A DNA stretch of 64,000 nt from Armatimonadota bacterium (lineage in GTDB: Bacteria; Sysuimicrobiota; Sysuimicrobiia; Sysuimicrobiales; Humicultoraceae), in contig JBBIOB010000005.1 in the NCBI GenBank assembly GCA_037443565.1, positions 25,019 to 89,018 of the forward strand. Direction: 5' to 3'. Positions 19,837 through 28,983 of this stretch are shown one piece after another. Both the position numbers and the translations under genes were made by a program. The notes beneath the pieces were generated by a model that made no database searches, was not told the DNA's origin, and saw only the letters and a program-made list of their open reading frames with translations. Within the stretch, counting starts at the first letter, position 1, and every line of letters starts with the position of its first letter.

Positions 19837-20530
19837 CGGGTGGTGGACTCCTCGAGCATCGAGGTGAACCGACACCAGCGGCGGGCGAAGTCCGACAAGC
19901 TGGACGCGCGCAAACTGCTGGGGATGCTGGTGCGGCACCATGTGGGGGAGCCGAAGGTGTGGAGCGTGGTGCGGGTTCCCACCGTGGATGAGGAGGATCG
20001 GCGGCAACTGCATCGTGAGTTGCGGACGCTGAAGCAGGAGCGGGCGCGGGTGACGAACCGGATCAAAGGGCTCTTGGCGAACCAGGGGATTCGGTTGGCG
20101 AAGAGCGGCGATCTGGGCGCCGCCCTCGAGAGGCATTGCGCACGACCACGGTCCTGCGATCGAGAAAGTCCGCCAGTTGCTGCGCCTGCGGGCGATCGGG
20201 CCGGGTGGAGCGTGGGTGTAAAGGGATCAGCAAGGCAGGGAGCCGGCACCTCCGGGCGGTGGCCATCGAGATGGCGTGGTGGGGTGCGTGCGCGGAAGGT
20301 AGGCATCGTGGCACTGGCGCGGAAGCTGTTGATTGCGCTATGGCGGTTCCTGGAGTTCGGAGTGTCAGTCTGAGGTGCTTGGCCGGAAGGGGTCAGCACG
20401 GATAGAAGGTCGTTCGAGGCCTTCGGGCCCGGACGCGCGAGGCAGGCCGCCAGCGACACGCCGCAAGGCAAAGAGTCGTATGACGCCAAGGTTGCGCGCG
20501 GGGCTTGACAGCAGAGCCTTCATAGAAGGC
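19837..20530 (+). mobile_element. IS110-family element remnant (5'-truncated, internally deleted, frameshifted transposase) with its right non-coding end
   Basis: VVDSSSIEVNR..RRAKSDKLDA and R..L..ER.R..NRIKGLL; GISKAG..HLR in another frame; IVALARKLLIALWR; end sequence CTTGACA...CATAGAAG. Confidence 0.85.
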
Positions 20531-20545
20531 TGACGTAGGTGGGGT

Positions 20546-20579
20546 GTTAGATCGGTCAGCCTAATCAGGAGTTAGCGGT
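20546..20579 (+). other. attI-like integron recombination site
   Basis: CCTAA-TCAGGA-GTT has the same spacing as attI1 CCTAA-AACAAA-GTT; upstream GTTAGAT repeat; GTTAGCGGT is the reverse complement of ACCGCTAAC at the start of the first attC. Confidence 0.65.
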
Positions 20580-20627
20580 ACATTGAAGGCGGTTGCAGGA
20601 GAGACGGTGATGGAGGATACTGGTGCC

Positions 20628-20855
20628 ATGCGGAGCACGCAGTTCGACTTCAGCAAGCTCTCGGTTGCTGAGCGCATCCAACTGGCCGAGGATCTCTGGG
20701 ACAGTATCCCGGAGGCGGCCCAGATCCCGCTCACCGAAGCTCAGAAGGCCGAGCTCGATCGGCGCCTTGAGGATCTCGAGCGGGATCCCGATGCCGGAGA
20801 ACCCTGGGAGGTAGTTCGGGCCCGTCTCTATGGGCGTTTGGCGCGTGGCGAGTGA
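20628..20855 (+). CDS. addiction module antitoxin (TIGR02574-type), cassette-borne
   Basis: LSVAERIQLAEDLWDSI...AELDRR...PWEVVRARL motif; overlaps the toxin gene. Confidence 0.88.
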   Translation: MRSTQFDFSKLSVAERIQLAEDLWDSIPEAAQIPLTEAQKAELDRRLEDLERDPDAGEPWEVVRARLYGRLARGE

Positions 20856-21154
20856 CGCTGCGGTTCGTAGTCCGGCCGGCCGCCGATGCGGACATCGCAG
20901 AGGCGGCGCTGTGGTACGAGGCTCGTTCAATCGGCCTGGGTGCGGAATTCCTTCGAGCGGTCGATACCTGCTTCGAGGAGATCCGTCGAAATCCCGAGCA
21001 CTTCCCCCAGATCTACAAGAGCAGTTGCAGGGCGCTCCTTCGACGATTCCCGTACGCTGTGTATTTCGTCTCAACAGCTGGCGGCATACGAGTTGTCGCC
21101 TGTATGCACGTGAAGAGGGATCCGCGGCGTTGGCAACGGCGTGTCGACCGCTAA
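20852..21154 (+). CDS. RelE/ParE family toxin, cassette-borne
   Basis: A..DI.EA..WY....GLG.EF, RFPYAVYF and H.KR.P..W motifs; stop codon lies in the attC R'' box. Confidence 0.88.
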   Translation: MTLRFVVRPAADADIAEAALWYEARSIGLGAEFLRAVDTCFEEIRRNPEHFPQIYKSSCRALLRRFPYAVYFVSTAGGIRVVACMHVKRDPRRWQRRVDR

Positions 21155-21206
21155 CCTCGCGCTTGAACGGACGCGCTTCGCGCGCCGCTCACCGCAACCG
21201 TTAGGC
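21149..21206 (+). other. attC site 1
   Basis: CGCTAAC-N5-GCTTGAAC-GGACGCGC-TTC-GCGCGCC-GCTCACC-N6-GTTAGGC, an imperfect palindrome of 58 bp. Confidence 0.85.
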
Positions 21207-21247
21207 CTCACACCCAATTCCGAAACTCACACCCGGAGGACCGAACG

Positions 21248-21589
21248 ATGACGAAGTACCTTATCTCCTTCCCCGGATCGGCGATGGACATCTCCGACGA
21301 AGACATGGCTGCCGTCGGCGAAGCGGCACACGCGGTCATACGCGAGGCGAAGGATGCCGGCGTCTATGTGTTCGCCGGTGGTATCAACGAGGACGTCGCG
21401 CCGCTGATGGTCGCCGCCGACGGCACCGTCACGAACGAGACCTACCCGCAGACCAAGGAGTTCGACGGCGGCTTCTGTGTCCTGGAACTCCCGTCGCGCG
21501 AAGCCGCCGTCCAATGGGCCGCGAAGATCGCCAAAGCCTGCCGCTGCTCGCAGGAACTCCGCGAGTTCGGGTGCGACCCCGAGAGCTGA
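21248..21589 (+). CDS. YciI-like protein, cassette-borne
   Basis: AG.YVFAGG, DGTVT...YP.TKE..GGF and EA..WA.K motifs. Confidence 0.8.
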   Translation: MTKYLISFPGSAMDISDEDMAAVGEAAHAVIREAKDAGVYVFAGGINEDVAPLMVAADGTVTNETYPQTKEFDGGFCVLELPSREAAVQWAAKIAKACRCSQELREFGCDPES

Positions 21590-21700
21590 CCGGCGAGGTC
21601 GCAGCCCGAAGCGAACGAGGAGGTCCTTCTGCATCTACTTTGTTCATTGCCAGAAACTCGGACAGGCAACACGCCCAAGCGCCTCGCTACATCCGTGAGG

Positions 21701-21718
21701 CCCAAACATGAGTTAGAC
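21701..21718 (+). other. second attI-like simple site, or truncated recombination site
   Basis: CCCAA-ACATGA-GTTAGAC, a perfect GTTRRRY with no upstream attC hairpin. Confidence 0.45.
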
Positions 21719-21761
21719 GGCCAGGCGATCTCGCGCTAAGATGGGCGCGGAGGTGAGCGGT

Positions 21762-21959
21762 GTGAAATACAGGGTCGTGCTGAGGGAATCGGAGGAAGGC
21801 TTCAGCGTTTCCTGTCCAGGCTTGCCCGGGTGCTGGTCGCAAGGGAGGACCGAGGAGGAAGCGCTGGCCAACATTCGGGATGCTATTCGCGAGTATCTTG
21901 AAGCCCGAGACGCCTCCTTGAACGACGAGGAGACCCGTGAGGTCGAGGTTCTGGTCTAG
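21762..21959 (+). CDS. HicB family antitoxin
   Basis: GFSVSCPGLPGCWSQG.T.EEA..NI.DAI..YL motif. Confidence 0.9.
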   Translation: MKYRVVLRESEEGFSVSCPGLPGCWSQGRTEEEALANIRDAIREYLEARDASLNDEETREVEVLV

Positions 21960-21961
21960 TC

Positions 21962-22100
21962 TTGCCCGAGCTACCCGGTGTCAACCACCTCCACGCAGTT
22001 CGGGCATTTGAGAAGGCCGAGTTCCGTGTCGTTCGTCACGGTAAGCACATCGTGATGTCGGACGGGATACGCATCATCACGATCCCGCGGCATGTAAAGA
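21962..22100 (+). pseudogene. HicA family toxin, C-terminally truncated
   Basis: LPGVNH..AVRAFEK..F..VR.GKHIVM.DG...ITIPRH; the usual C-terminal helix is absent before the attC. Confidence 0.75.
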
Positions 22101-22106
22101 GGATAC

Positions 22107-22169
22107 GCCTAACAAATCGTTCCAGCGGATGCGGGATAGAGCCCCGCACCGCTGACTCAATCGTTAGGA
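22107..22169 (+). other. attC site 2
   Basis: GCCTAAC-N5-GTTCCAGC-GG(A)TGCGGG-loop-CCCGCACC-GCTGACT-N5-GTTAGGA, 63 bp with an extrahelical base. Confidence 0.88.
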
Positions 22170-22207
22170 CGCCAGCGAGTTCACACGAGACCTCAGGGGA
22201 CGCGACA

Positions 22208-22828
22208 TTGGAACGGATCAACCAGCTGAGCCCAGCAGCCATGGGCCGGGCAATAATCACACTCGAGCGCGCGTTCGCGAGCGATCCGATGTTCACGTGG
22301 ATCTTTCCGGATCCAGACAAGCGCTGCAAGTCTCTTCGCATGATGAATCGGGTCCTGCTTCAGTACGGTTTTCGCTACGGCCACGTGACTGAATTGAACG
22401 GGGGCATGGCCGTCGCGATTTGGATTCCTCCGGGCCGCGCCATTACGATCGGCGGGATGCTCCGGTGCGGGATGCTGGCCGTGCCGTTCGGCATCGGATT
22501 TCGAGCGTTTGCCAAGTTCATGGACGCGAATGACATCATGGGGAAGTTCCACAAGAAGTACGTTCCCGAGCCGCATTGGTACCTTCTGATCGTCGGTGTG
22601 GATCCGGATCTCCAAGGGCGTGGTCTTGGTTCGACGCTGGTCAGGGAGGGGTTGGCACGGGCTGACGAGGCGAACTGCCCCTGCTATTTGGAGACCAGCG
22701 AGGAGCGCAATCTGGCCCTTTACGAGCGCTATGGCTTCGTGGTCGTAGGAACCGCGCCGCTGGGCAGCGGTGGGCCTCCCGGATGGGCGATGCGGCGGGA
22801 CCCACGGCGCTCGTGGAGTTCTAGATGA
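22208..22828 (+). CDS. GNAT N-acetyltransferase (puromycin acetyltransferase-like), cassette-borne
   Basis: AF..DP, PHWYL..VGVDP..QGRGLGS, CYLETS..RN...YER.GF; TTG start after GGGGA. Confidence 0.85.
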   Translation: MERINQLSPAAMGRAIITLERAFASDPMFTWIFPDPDKRCKSLRMMNRVLLQYGFRYGHVTELNGGMAVAIWIPPGRAITIGGMLRCGMLAVPFGIGFRAFAKFMDANDIMGKFHKKYVPEPHWYLLIVGVDPDLQGRGLGSTLVREGLARADEANCPCYLETSEERNLALYERYGFVVVGTAPLGSGGPPGWAMRRDPRRSWSSR

Positions 22829-23175
22829 AGACCTACCCCTACTCGGAAGCGCGCCAGCGGCTCGCGAGGCTGCTGGATCAAGCCCGGCGTGAGGGCCGGG
22901 TCCAGATCCGTCGGCAGGATGGGTCGACCTTCGTCCTCCAGCCGGTGACGCCAGCTGAGTCACCGCTCGACGTACCCGGCGTTCGGAGCAGGCTACGCCC
23001 GGGGGAACTCGTGGGGCTAATCCGCGCAGAGCGCGCACGCGCCGGGGAAGCGACCGTTGAGGCGCTCTCTCGCAGGCGTTCGCAGCGGACGACGGCGCGA
23101 CTCGAGTCCCGGTTCAGACCGGTTCAGAAGAAGCAACCGCAGGGCACAGAGGGTTTGAGAGGCCGGCCGCGCTAG
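22825..23175 (+). CDS. Phd/YefM-type antitoxin (orphan)
   Basis: Y.YSEARQ.LA.LLD.A...G.V.I.R.DG..F and SPLDVPGV motifs. Confidence 0.75.
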   Translation: MKTYPYSEARQRLARLLDQARREGRVQIRRQDGSTFVLQPVTPAESPLDVPGVRSRLRPGELVGLIRAERARAGEATVEALSRRRSQRTTARLESRFRPVQKKQPQGTEGLRGRPR

Positions 23176-24134
23176 GCTCGCACCTCCTGTCGCTGGAACC
23201 GGATGTAGGCGTAGGCGAAGAGCAGGATCACGGCCGCGACGAGCCCGGTGAACTGGGGCCAGACCAGCAGCAGGCTCTGGGAGAGCGGCAGCAGGGTGCC
23301 CCGCACCGCGCCCTCGAGCTGCACCATGAACACCGGTCCGAGCGCCCGGACCTCGGGGTTGAGCAGCGCCAGGACCGTCTCCGAGTACAGGGTGTTGGGC
23401 GACAGCCGCGACAGGAAGAGCCGGAACTGCAGGAGGCCGAGCTCCGCGTCGGGGTTCGCGCCCGCGAAGACGTTGACGACGTTGAAGACCATCCCGGCCA
23501 GGATCTCCCAGAAGACCGCGAAGAACAGCCACACGGCTAGTGTGGCCAGCGCGGACGTGGCCGGCTGTCGGAAGACCACCGAGAACACCATCGCCAATGC
23601 GAGCCAGACGCCGCCATACGCCAGCGTCGCCAGGAGGAAGAAGAGGCCCCGGCCGATCTCTGGGCCCTCGGGGACGACGCCGAGCCGGAAGATGCTCAGG
23701 CCGGTGACCAGCAGCCACAGCGCCACCAGGGTGGTGGCCAGCGTGGCCAGCCCGGCGAGGAACTTGCCCATCAGCACGGCGTCGCGGTAGATGGGCTGCG
23801 CGAGCACCCGGCTCATCGTCCGACGCATGTACTCGCCGTTGACCGAGTCGAAGGCGAGCGCGATGCTGATGAGCGGGATCAGGAACCCGAGGAACGCCAC
23901 GAACGAGAGCTCGGTGTCGCCGACGCGGTAGGGCAGCGCGAAGACGCGCAGGTAGATAAAGGGGTCTTCGCCGACCGCGGTGCGCAAGGTCTGCGTGGCG
24001 GCGAACACCGTCGCCACCGCGGTCAGCAGCATGATGAACTCGAGCACACGCATGCGCACGCTCGACAGATGGTCGGCGAACTCCTTGAAGACGACGGCCC
24101 ACAGCCCGGTCCAGGGCGACCCTTCACGCCTCAC
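23172..24134 (-). CDS. ABC-2 type transporter permease
   Basis: KEFADH, FDSVNGE...RT..R.LAQPI.R and GKF motifs. Confidence 0.88.
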   Translation of the reverse strand: MRREGSPWTGLWAVVFKEFADHLSSVRMRVLEFIMLLTAVATVFAATQTLRTAVGEDPFIYLRVFALPYRVGDTELSFVAFLGFLIPLISIALAFDSVNGEYMRRTMSRVLAQPIYRDAVLMGKFLAGLATLATTLVALWLLVTGLSIFRLGVVPEGPEIGRGLFFLLATLAYGGVWLALAMVFSVVFRQPATSALATLAVWLFFAVFWEILAGMVFNVVNVFAGANPDAELGLLQFRLFLSRLSPNTLYSETVLALLNPEVRALGPVFMVQLEGAVRGTLLPLSQSLLLVWPQFTGLVAAVILLFAYAYIRFQRQEVRA

Positions 24135-25059
24135 GGCGGGCCTCCTGGAAGTACCGCGCGTAGACCTCATCCAGGCTGGCGCGCTCGAGGCTCAACTCGA
24201 ACAACTGCGCACCTTGCGCGACCACGCGGCGCGCCACTTCGGCGCGGCAGTCCTGTTGCGCTTCGAGATGGTAGCGGCCCGGCCGCACGGTGGTGACCTG
24301 CACCACGCCGGGCACGGTCTGCAGCACACGCTCGAGGCTGTCGGGTGAGGTCTCGACCTGAATGCGGTAGGCGCCGCCGAGCACGCGCCCGCTGAGCGTC
24401 TCGAACGTGCCCTCGAGCACCATCCGGCCGCTGCTGAACAGCCCGACGCGGTCGCAGACCGCCTGCACCTGGTGCAGCAGGTGCGAGGAGAGGAGCACAG
24501 TGAGCCCGTCGGCTTTGAGGCCCCGGATCATGTCGAGGAGCTCGGCGGCGGCTTCGGGATCGAGGCCGACCGTCGGCTCGTCGAGGATGGCGATCTGGGG
24601 CCGCTTGAGCAGGACGTCGGCCAGCCCGAGCCGCTGGCGCATGCCCCGGGAGAAGGTCCCCACCGGCCGCTCCATCACGTCGGCCAGGCCCAGCCTGTCC
24701 AACACCTCGGTGATCGTCGTCTCGGCGTCCCGCTTCGGGATGGCGTTGAGCCGCGCGGTGTAGCGCAGGTTGTCGCGCGCCGACAGCTCATCGTAGAAGC
24801 CGACCGAGTCCGGGAGGTAGCCGACCCGGCGCTTCACCTCGAGCGGGTTGCGGAGCGGATCGAAGCCCAGGACCCGCGCTTCCCCGGCCGTCGGCTCGGT
24901 CAGCCCCAGGATCATCAGGATCGTCGTGGTCTTGCCCGAGCCGTTGGGCCCCAGCAGCCCGAAGACCTCGCCGGCCTGCAGCCGCAGATTCAGATTGTCC
25001 ACGGCGACGACGTCGTCGTAGCGTTTGGTGAGCCCTTGGGTCTCGATGACGGTGCTCAT
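24124..25059 (-). CDS. ABC transporter ATP-binding protein
   Basis: [17 protein letters not shown] and LDEPT motifs. Confidence 0.93.
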   Translation of the reverse strand: MSTVIETQGLTKRYDDVVAVDNLNLRLQAGEVFGLLGPNGSGKTTTILMILGLTEPTAGEARVLGFDPLRNPLEVKRRVGYLPDSVGFYDELSARDNLRYTARLNAIPKRDAETTITEVLDRLGLADVMERPVGTFSRGMRQRLGLADVLLKRPQIAILDEPTVGLDPEAAAELLDMIRGLKADGLTVLLSSHLLHQVQAVCDRVGLFSSGRMVLEGTFETLSGRVLGGAYRIQVETSPDSLERVLQTVPGVVQVTTVRPGRYHLEAQQDCRAEVARRVVAQGAQLFELSLERASLDEVYARYFQEARREA

Positions 25060-26237
25060 CGGCGGCCGTAGCGCGAGACGACCAGTCCCAGCACACCCAG
25101 CGCTACCGCGACCACGATGACGCCGACGATGCCCCACAGCGTCGAGGTCAGCACCGTGACCCGGTAGTCAGCCGAGGTGGACGAATCGGCGGCGCTGGCG
25201 CGCAGGGTCAGCATGTAGTCGCCTGCGATCGCCTTCGGCGCCGGCTTGATGGTCGCGGTGACCTCGCGCTCGCCCCGAGCCGGGATCTCGTCCACCTGCT
25301 TGGGGTCGAAGGTCACCGACCAGCCGGTCGGCTCGAACGCCGACACCTCGACGTTGCGGGCCGGGGCGCTGCCGCGGTTGCGCACGACAACCTTGATCGT
25401 GGTCTCCTGGCCGGCGTACGCGCGGCCCGACAGGCGGCCGTCGGGCGTGCTGACCGACAGATCGGGCCGGCCGATGGCCTCGAGGGTCAGCTTGGTCTCC
25501 GCGCGGGCCTCGCCTGACCCGGCGCGAACCGTGACCGCATAGTTGCCGGCTGCGACGTCCTGAGGGGGCGAGACCTCGGTGTCGAGATCGCGGGACTCTC
25601 CGGCCTTTAGCGGCAGGCTCGTGACCTGCTGGGCGCCGAACGCGGGGGTGAAGGTCACCTGGAATCCGCGGGGCGCCTGCGCCTCGAGGTTCACGAGCAG
25701 GTCCTGGTCGCTGTCGTTGCGCAACGTGAGCCGGTAGCGGAAGCTGCTGCCGACGGTGCCACGGATCACGGGCAGCTCGGCCTGCAGGTCCAGCCGTCCG
25801 GGCGACACCTGTCCGAACGTGAGCGCCACCGGCAGCGTGGCCTCCGCGGTCTGGCCCCGGGCCCGCAGCACGAACCGGAACGTGCCGGCCCTCGCGGCAT
25901 CCGGCGGATCGAAGCGCGCACTCAGCGTGGCATCCTGATCCGTGCCCACATAGACCGAGCCGATTGCGCGCCCGATGCCCAGAAAGGTCACCCTCCAGCC
26001 CGGGCTCGCCTGCGTGACGCTGAGATCCACCACCTGCGGTGGCAGCCCGTAGTTGCGCACCGTCAGGTTGAGCGTGACCGGTTCGCCCTGACGCACGGTC
26101 TGATTGGGGTACGGCGTCGAGAGGCTCAATCCGCGATAGGCCGGGCCAGGGGTCGGGCTCTGTGCGGCCGCCGGAACCATTGCGACCGGCGCAACCACGA
26201 GGACCGCGACCACCACGAGCACCGCAACACGGGGCAT
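25056..26237 (-). CDS. NEW3-domain (COG1470) membrane-anchored protein
   Basis: Signal peptide, three Ig-like repeats (P.GW.V.F), C-terminal TM ending YGRR; upstream of the ABC genes. Confidence 0.82.
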   Translation of the reverse strand: MPRVAVLVVVAVLVVAPVAMVPAAAQSPTPGPAYRGLSLSTPYPNQTVRQGEPVTLNLTVRNYGLPPQVVDLSVTQASPGWRVTFLGIGRAIGSVYVGTDQDATLSARFDPPDAARAGTFRFVLRARGQTAEATLPVALTFGQVSPGRLDLQAELPVIRGTVGSSFRYRLTLRNDSDQDLLVNLEAQAPRGFQVTFTPAFGAQQVTSLPLKAGESRDLDTEVSPPQDVAAGNYAVTVRAGSGEARAETKLTLEAIGRPDLSVSTPDGRLSGRAYAGQETTIKVVVRNRGSAPARNVEVSAFEPTGWSVTFDPKQVDEIPARGEREVTATIKPAPKAIAGDYMLTLRASAADSSTSADYRVTVLTSTLWGIVGVIVVAVALGVLGLVVSRYGRR

Positions 26238-26430
26238 TCCACCACCTCCAGTGAGTTTCATGACACCAGTCTCCGTAGTCCATACACGCATGCGGACCGC
26301 ACTTTCGGTTCCGGGAATCTATTTAGCGGGTTTGCGGCCCGAAATGCAAGAGGCGCGGACGATGCGCCCACGCCTCTTAGCCTACCATGCCCGGACTTGC
26401 GGGCCCAGCAGGACGGGTGAGCCCCGCGCG

Positions 26431-27519
26431 TTATTGGGCGAGAATCGTCATCACGGTGCTCTTCACCCTGGCCCGCACGACCCACTCCTGCTCCCACGCC
26501 ACGCGCGGATCGGTCGGCCGCGGAGGGTGGACCAGGATCAACTCCTGCGCGTAGGCGATCATGCGGGCCATTGCGCCGTCGGCGCCCGCAAAGATCCCCT
26601 TCGGCACCGCGCACTGCGTGGCGGAGGCGGGCAGCAGCACCCGGTCGGCGGTCCAGCGCTCGACGTTTGCGTTGGACAGGTAGTCGAACAGGCCCATGCC
26701 CGCATCGGGTAGCTCCGACGAACTCCAGATGATGAAATCGTTGCCCTTGGCGCCGAACGCGTTGATGAAGTAGGCGCGGGCCGCTGGGATCTGTCTCCAC
26801 CGCAGCCCGATGCTTGCCTGCGGCTCGCCCTGCGTCGACAGCTCGATTGCGGGCATCAGATCCTGGTTCGCGCCAATGGCGAAGCGCAGGCCCGCCGGGA
26901 CGCCCTCGCCGGTCACCGCGTGGTCGCCCTGCAGCGACGCTCCGTCCGGCAGCATCCGGCGGTCGCGCTCGTTGGGCCAGACCGAGTAGCCGGGTTGGGC
27001 GCGGGCGCCGCCTTCAGGGGCGAAGCGGCCCTGCCAGACCGACGCCCACTCCTGGGGCGATGCCCTCGAGAAGTCCACCACGCGGGGCTGTCCGGCGCGG
27101 ACCTCGGCGCTGCAGCCCCAGTAGAAGAGCAGCCGGCCCTTGGGCTGCTCGACCCCGCCCGGATCGCTGTCCTCGGGCCCCGCGGCCGCGGGCCGCTCGG
27201 CTCTGACGGGTTCGAGCGGCAGGCTCGCGCCCATGCGCATCGCCGCCGGGATGGCCTGCGTGGCCTGGATCCCCTGGGGACGCGTGCGGACGAAGAGCGC
27301 GACGTCCATGAAGCGTCCGAATCCATGGCGAGTATTGCCAAACTCGTTCTGTCCTCTCATGCCGGGCATCATCGGTATCCCGGCGAGGGTGTTGGTTGCC
27401 ACATCGATCCAGAACTGCGCAACGGGCGGTCTGACCACTTGCTGCTGCGCGCCGGCCGCGGTCGCCATGATGAGGAGCGAAGCCACGATCGCAAGCGCGC
27501 GACGGAACGGGATGCGCAT
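26431..27519 (-). CDS. hypothetical secreted protein
   Basis: Signal peptide (AAGA|QQQ), AGGAGG SD upstream, 362 aa ORF. Confidence 0.75.
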   Translation of the reverse strand: MRIPFRRALAIVASLLIMATAAGAQQQVVRPPVAQFWIDVATNTLAGIPMMPGMRGQNEFGNTRHGFGRFMDVALFVRTRPQGIQATQAIPAAMRMGASLPLEPVRAERPAAAGPEDSDPGGVEQPKGRLLFYWGCSAEVRAGQPRVVDFSRASPQEWASVWQGRFAPEGGARAQPGYSVWPNERDRRMLPDGASLQGDHAVTGEGVPAGLRFAIGANQDLMPAIELSTQGEPQASIGLRWRQIPAARAYFINAFGAKGNDFIIWSSSELPDAGMGLFDYLSNANVERWTADRVLLPASATQCAVPKGIFAGADGAMARMIAYAQELILVHPPRPTDPRVAWEQEWVVRARVKSTVMTILAQ

Positions 27520-27794
27520 CACAGTGCCTCCTAATCAGTTGACCAAACGTTACTCCATACGCGATACGCGGTGCGTGCGCACTTCTCCTCTGTTGGGCAT
27601 CGACTTTGGGGTGTTTGGTGGGCTCTGCAAGCAGGACCTGACTCATGGGCTATCCGGAGGGACGACCCCGCAGGGACAGCGGACATCAGGCGCCGCGGCC
27701 GCGCCCCGCCGTCCCTGCTTCCGGACCGCACCGGCATGATCAGGCACCGCCCTCTCAGCGGCCTCTCAGGGGAGTTCCTGACCTTGAGGGGGTG

Positions 27795-28466
27795 CTAGGC
27801 GGTCGGCCGCACGCGCACCCGTTGCGCGACATCGCGGCCGATGGCGCGGATCTGCTGTTCGATCTGCACCGTGATCGGCCCGTTGAGCGGTCCCACCTCG
27901 CGGACGAGCACCTCGGCGCCGGGCAGCACGCCTACTTGAACCAGATACCGCACGACCGCTTCAGCTTCTTCCGGGATGCTCACAACAGTGACACGATCCC
28001 ACACCTCGAGGCTCTCAAGGGTCGGTAGAGCCTCCAGGCTTGGCTCGGCGTCGTCCGGAATCGGCAGCCCATGCGGACACGTTGAAGGATGCCCCAGCAC
28101 ATCGTCCAGGCGAGCCTCTACCTCGGGGCTGATGACGTGCTCGAGCTTGCACGCTTCGGCATACACCAGCGGCAGGTCCAGATGGAGGAGGTCGGTGAGC
28201 AGGCGCTCGGCCAGGCGCAGCCGGCGGACCACGTGCCGCGCGGTCTGCATCCCGCGCGTGGTCAGCTTGTAGCCTTCGTCTGCATGGGAGCGCAGGAGAC
28301 CCTGGGACTCCAGGCGCTTCAACATCTCATACGAAGAGGGCGCAGAGACCCCCATGTACTCGGCGACCTTCGAGATCGTGACCGGCGGCGTCGACTGCGC
28401 GACCGTGTACACCGCCTTCAGGTACATCTCGGTGCGTTCCGTCCTGGAGATGTCGTGGACCGTCAT
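27795..28466 (-). CDS. DtxR/IdeR/MntR family metal-dependent regulator with FeoA/SH3 domain
   Basis: EMYLKAVY, RLAER.L, EACKLEH, P.TCPHG.PIP and a C-terminal FeoA-like domain. Confidence 0.92.
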   Translation of the reverse strand: MTVHDISRTERTEMYLKAVYTVAQSTPPVTISKVAEYMGVSAPSSYEMLKRLESQGLLRSHADEGYKLTTRGMQTARHVVRRLRLAERLLTDLLHLDLPLVYAEACKLEHVISPEVEARLDDVLGHPSTCPHGLPIPDDAEPSLEALPTLESLEVWDRVTVVSIPEEAEAVVRYLVQVGVLPGAEVLVREVGPLNGPITVQIEQQIRAIGRDVAQRVRVRPTA

Positions 28467-28882
28467 CCCCTGCACTCCTGGCAGACTCCCCTGAAGATGA
28501 GATCCACGCTCCGCACCCTGAATCCCTGCTGCTGGTCAGCTGGCAGGACGACGGCCGGAGCGTCTACCCGGACGTCCAGCACCCGGCCGCACCGGGCGCA
28601 GACCGCGTGGTGATGCGGTCGGGGGTTCGGATCGTACCGGGTGCTCCCAGTCCCCAGGTCCAGGGTTTGGACCGCCCCGATCGCGGCGAGCTCGTGGAGG
28701 ATGGCGTAGACCGTTCGCAGAGAGAGGGTGGGCATCTCGACCAGCCCCCGCCGGTGGAGCGCTTCGGCCGATGGGTGCTGGCCGTCCCCCTCAAGGAGCC
28801 GGCAGATCAACGCTCGCTGTGGCGTCAGCCGGCGGCGGTGGTGCTTGAGCTGCAAGGCCAGAAGACCTCTGGTCTCGCGCAT
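28463..28882 (-). CDS. Fur family regulator
   Basis: RLTPQR, HPSAE, SL.TVY..L, HHHAVCARC and CQEC motifs. Confidence 0.92.
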   Translation of the reverse strand: MRETRGLLALQLKHHRRRLTPQRALICRLLEGDGQHPSAEALHRRGLVEMPTLSLRTVYAILHELAAIGAVQTLDLGTGSTRYDPNPRPHHHAVCARCGRVLDVRVDAPAVVLPADQQQGFRVRSVDLIFRGVCQECRG

Positions 28883-28909
28883 CCCCTCACCCAACTGCGA
28901 CGTGTGTTA

Positions 28910-28928
28910 CCCAACAGCAATTGTTGGG
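28910..28928. promoter_or_regulatory. inverted repeat, candidate operator
   Basis: CCCAACA-GCAAT-TGTTGGG in the divergent fur / iron-ABC promoter. Confidence 0.45.
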
Positions 28929-28964
28929 ACATCGGTTCCAGAATGGATTGCCTCAAGTCAAGAA

Positions 28965-28983
28965 TAAGGATAGCCTAAATCCG
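28965..28983. promoter_or_regulatory. DtxR/IdeR-like box
   Basis: TAAGGATAGCCTAA matches 13 of the first 14 positions of consensus TWAGGTWAGSCTWACCTWA; the last 5 positions do not match. Confidence 0.55.

Noticed and set aside
21962-22828. A single genuine 288-aa acetyltransferase
   Set aside because: It splits into a HicA fragment, an attC and a GNAT with its own start
26283-26316. ECF-type promoter GGAAC...CGTGTA on the minus strand upstream of the NEW3 gene
   Set aside because: The 19-bp spacer is longer than typical; unsupported
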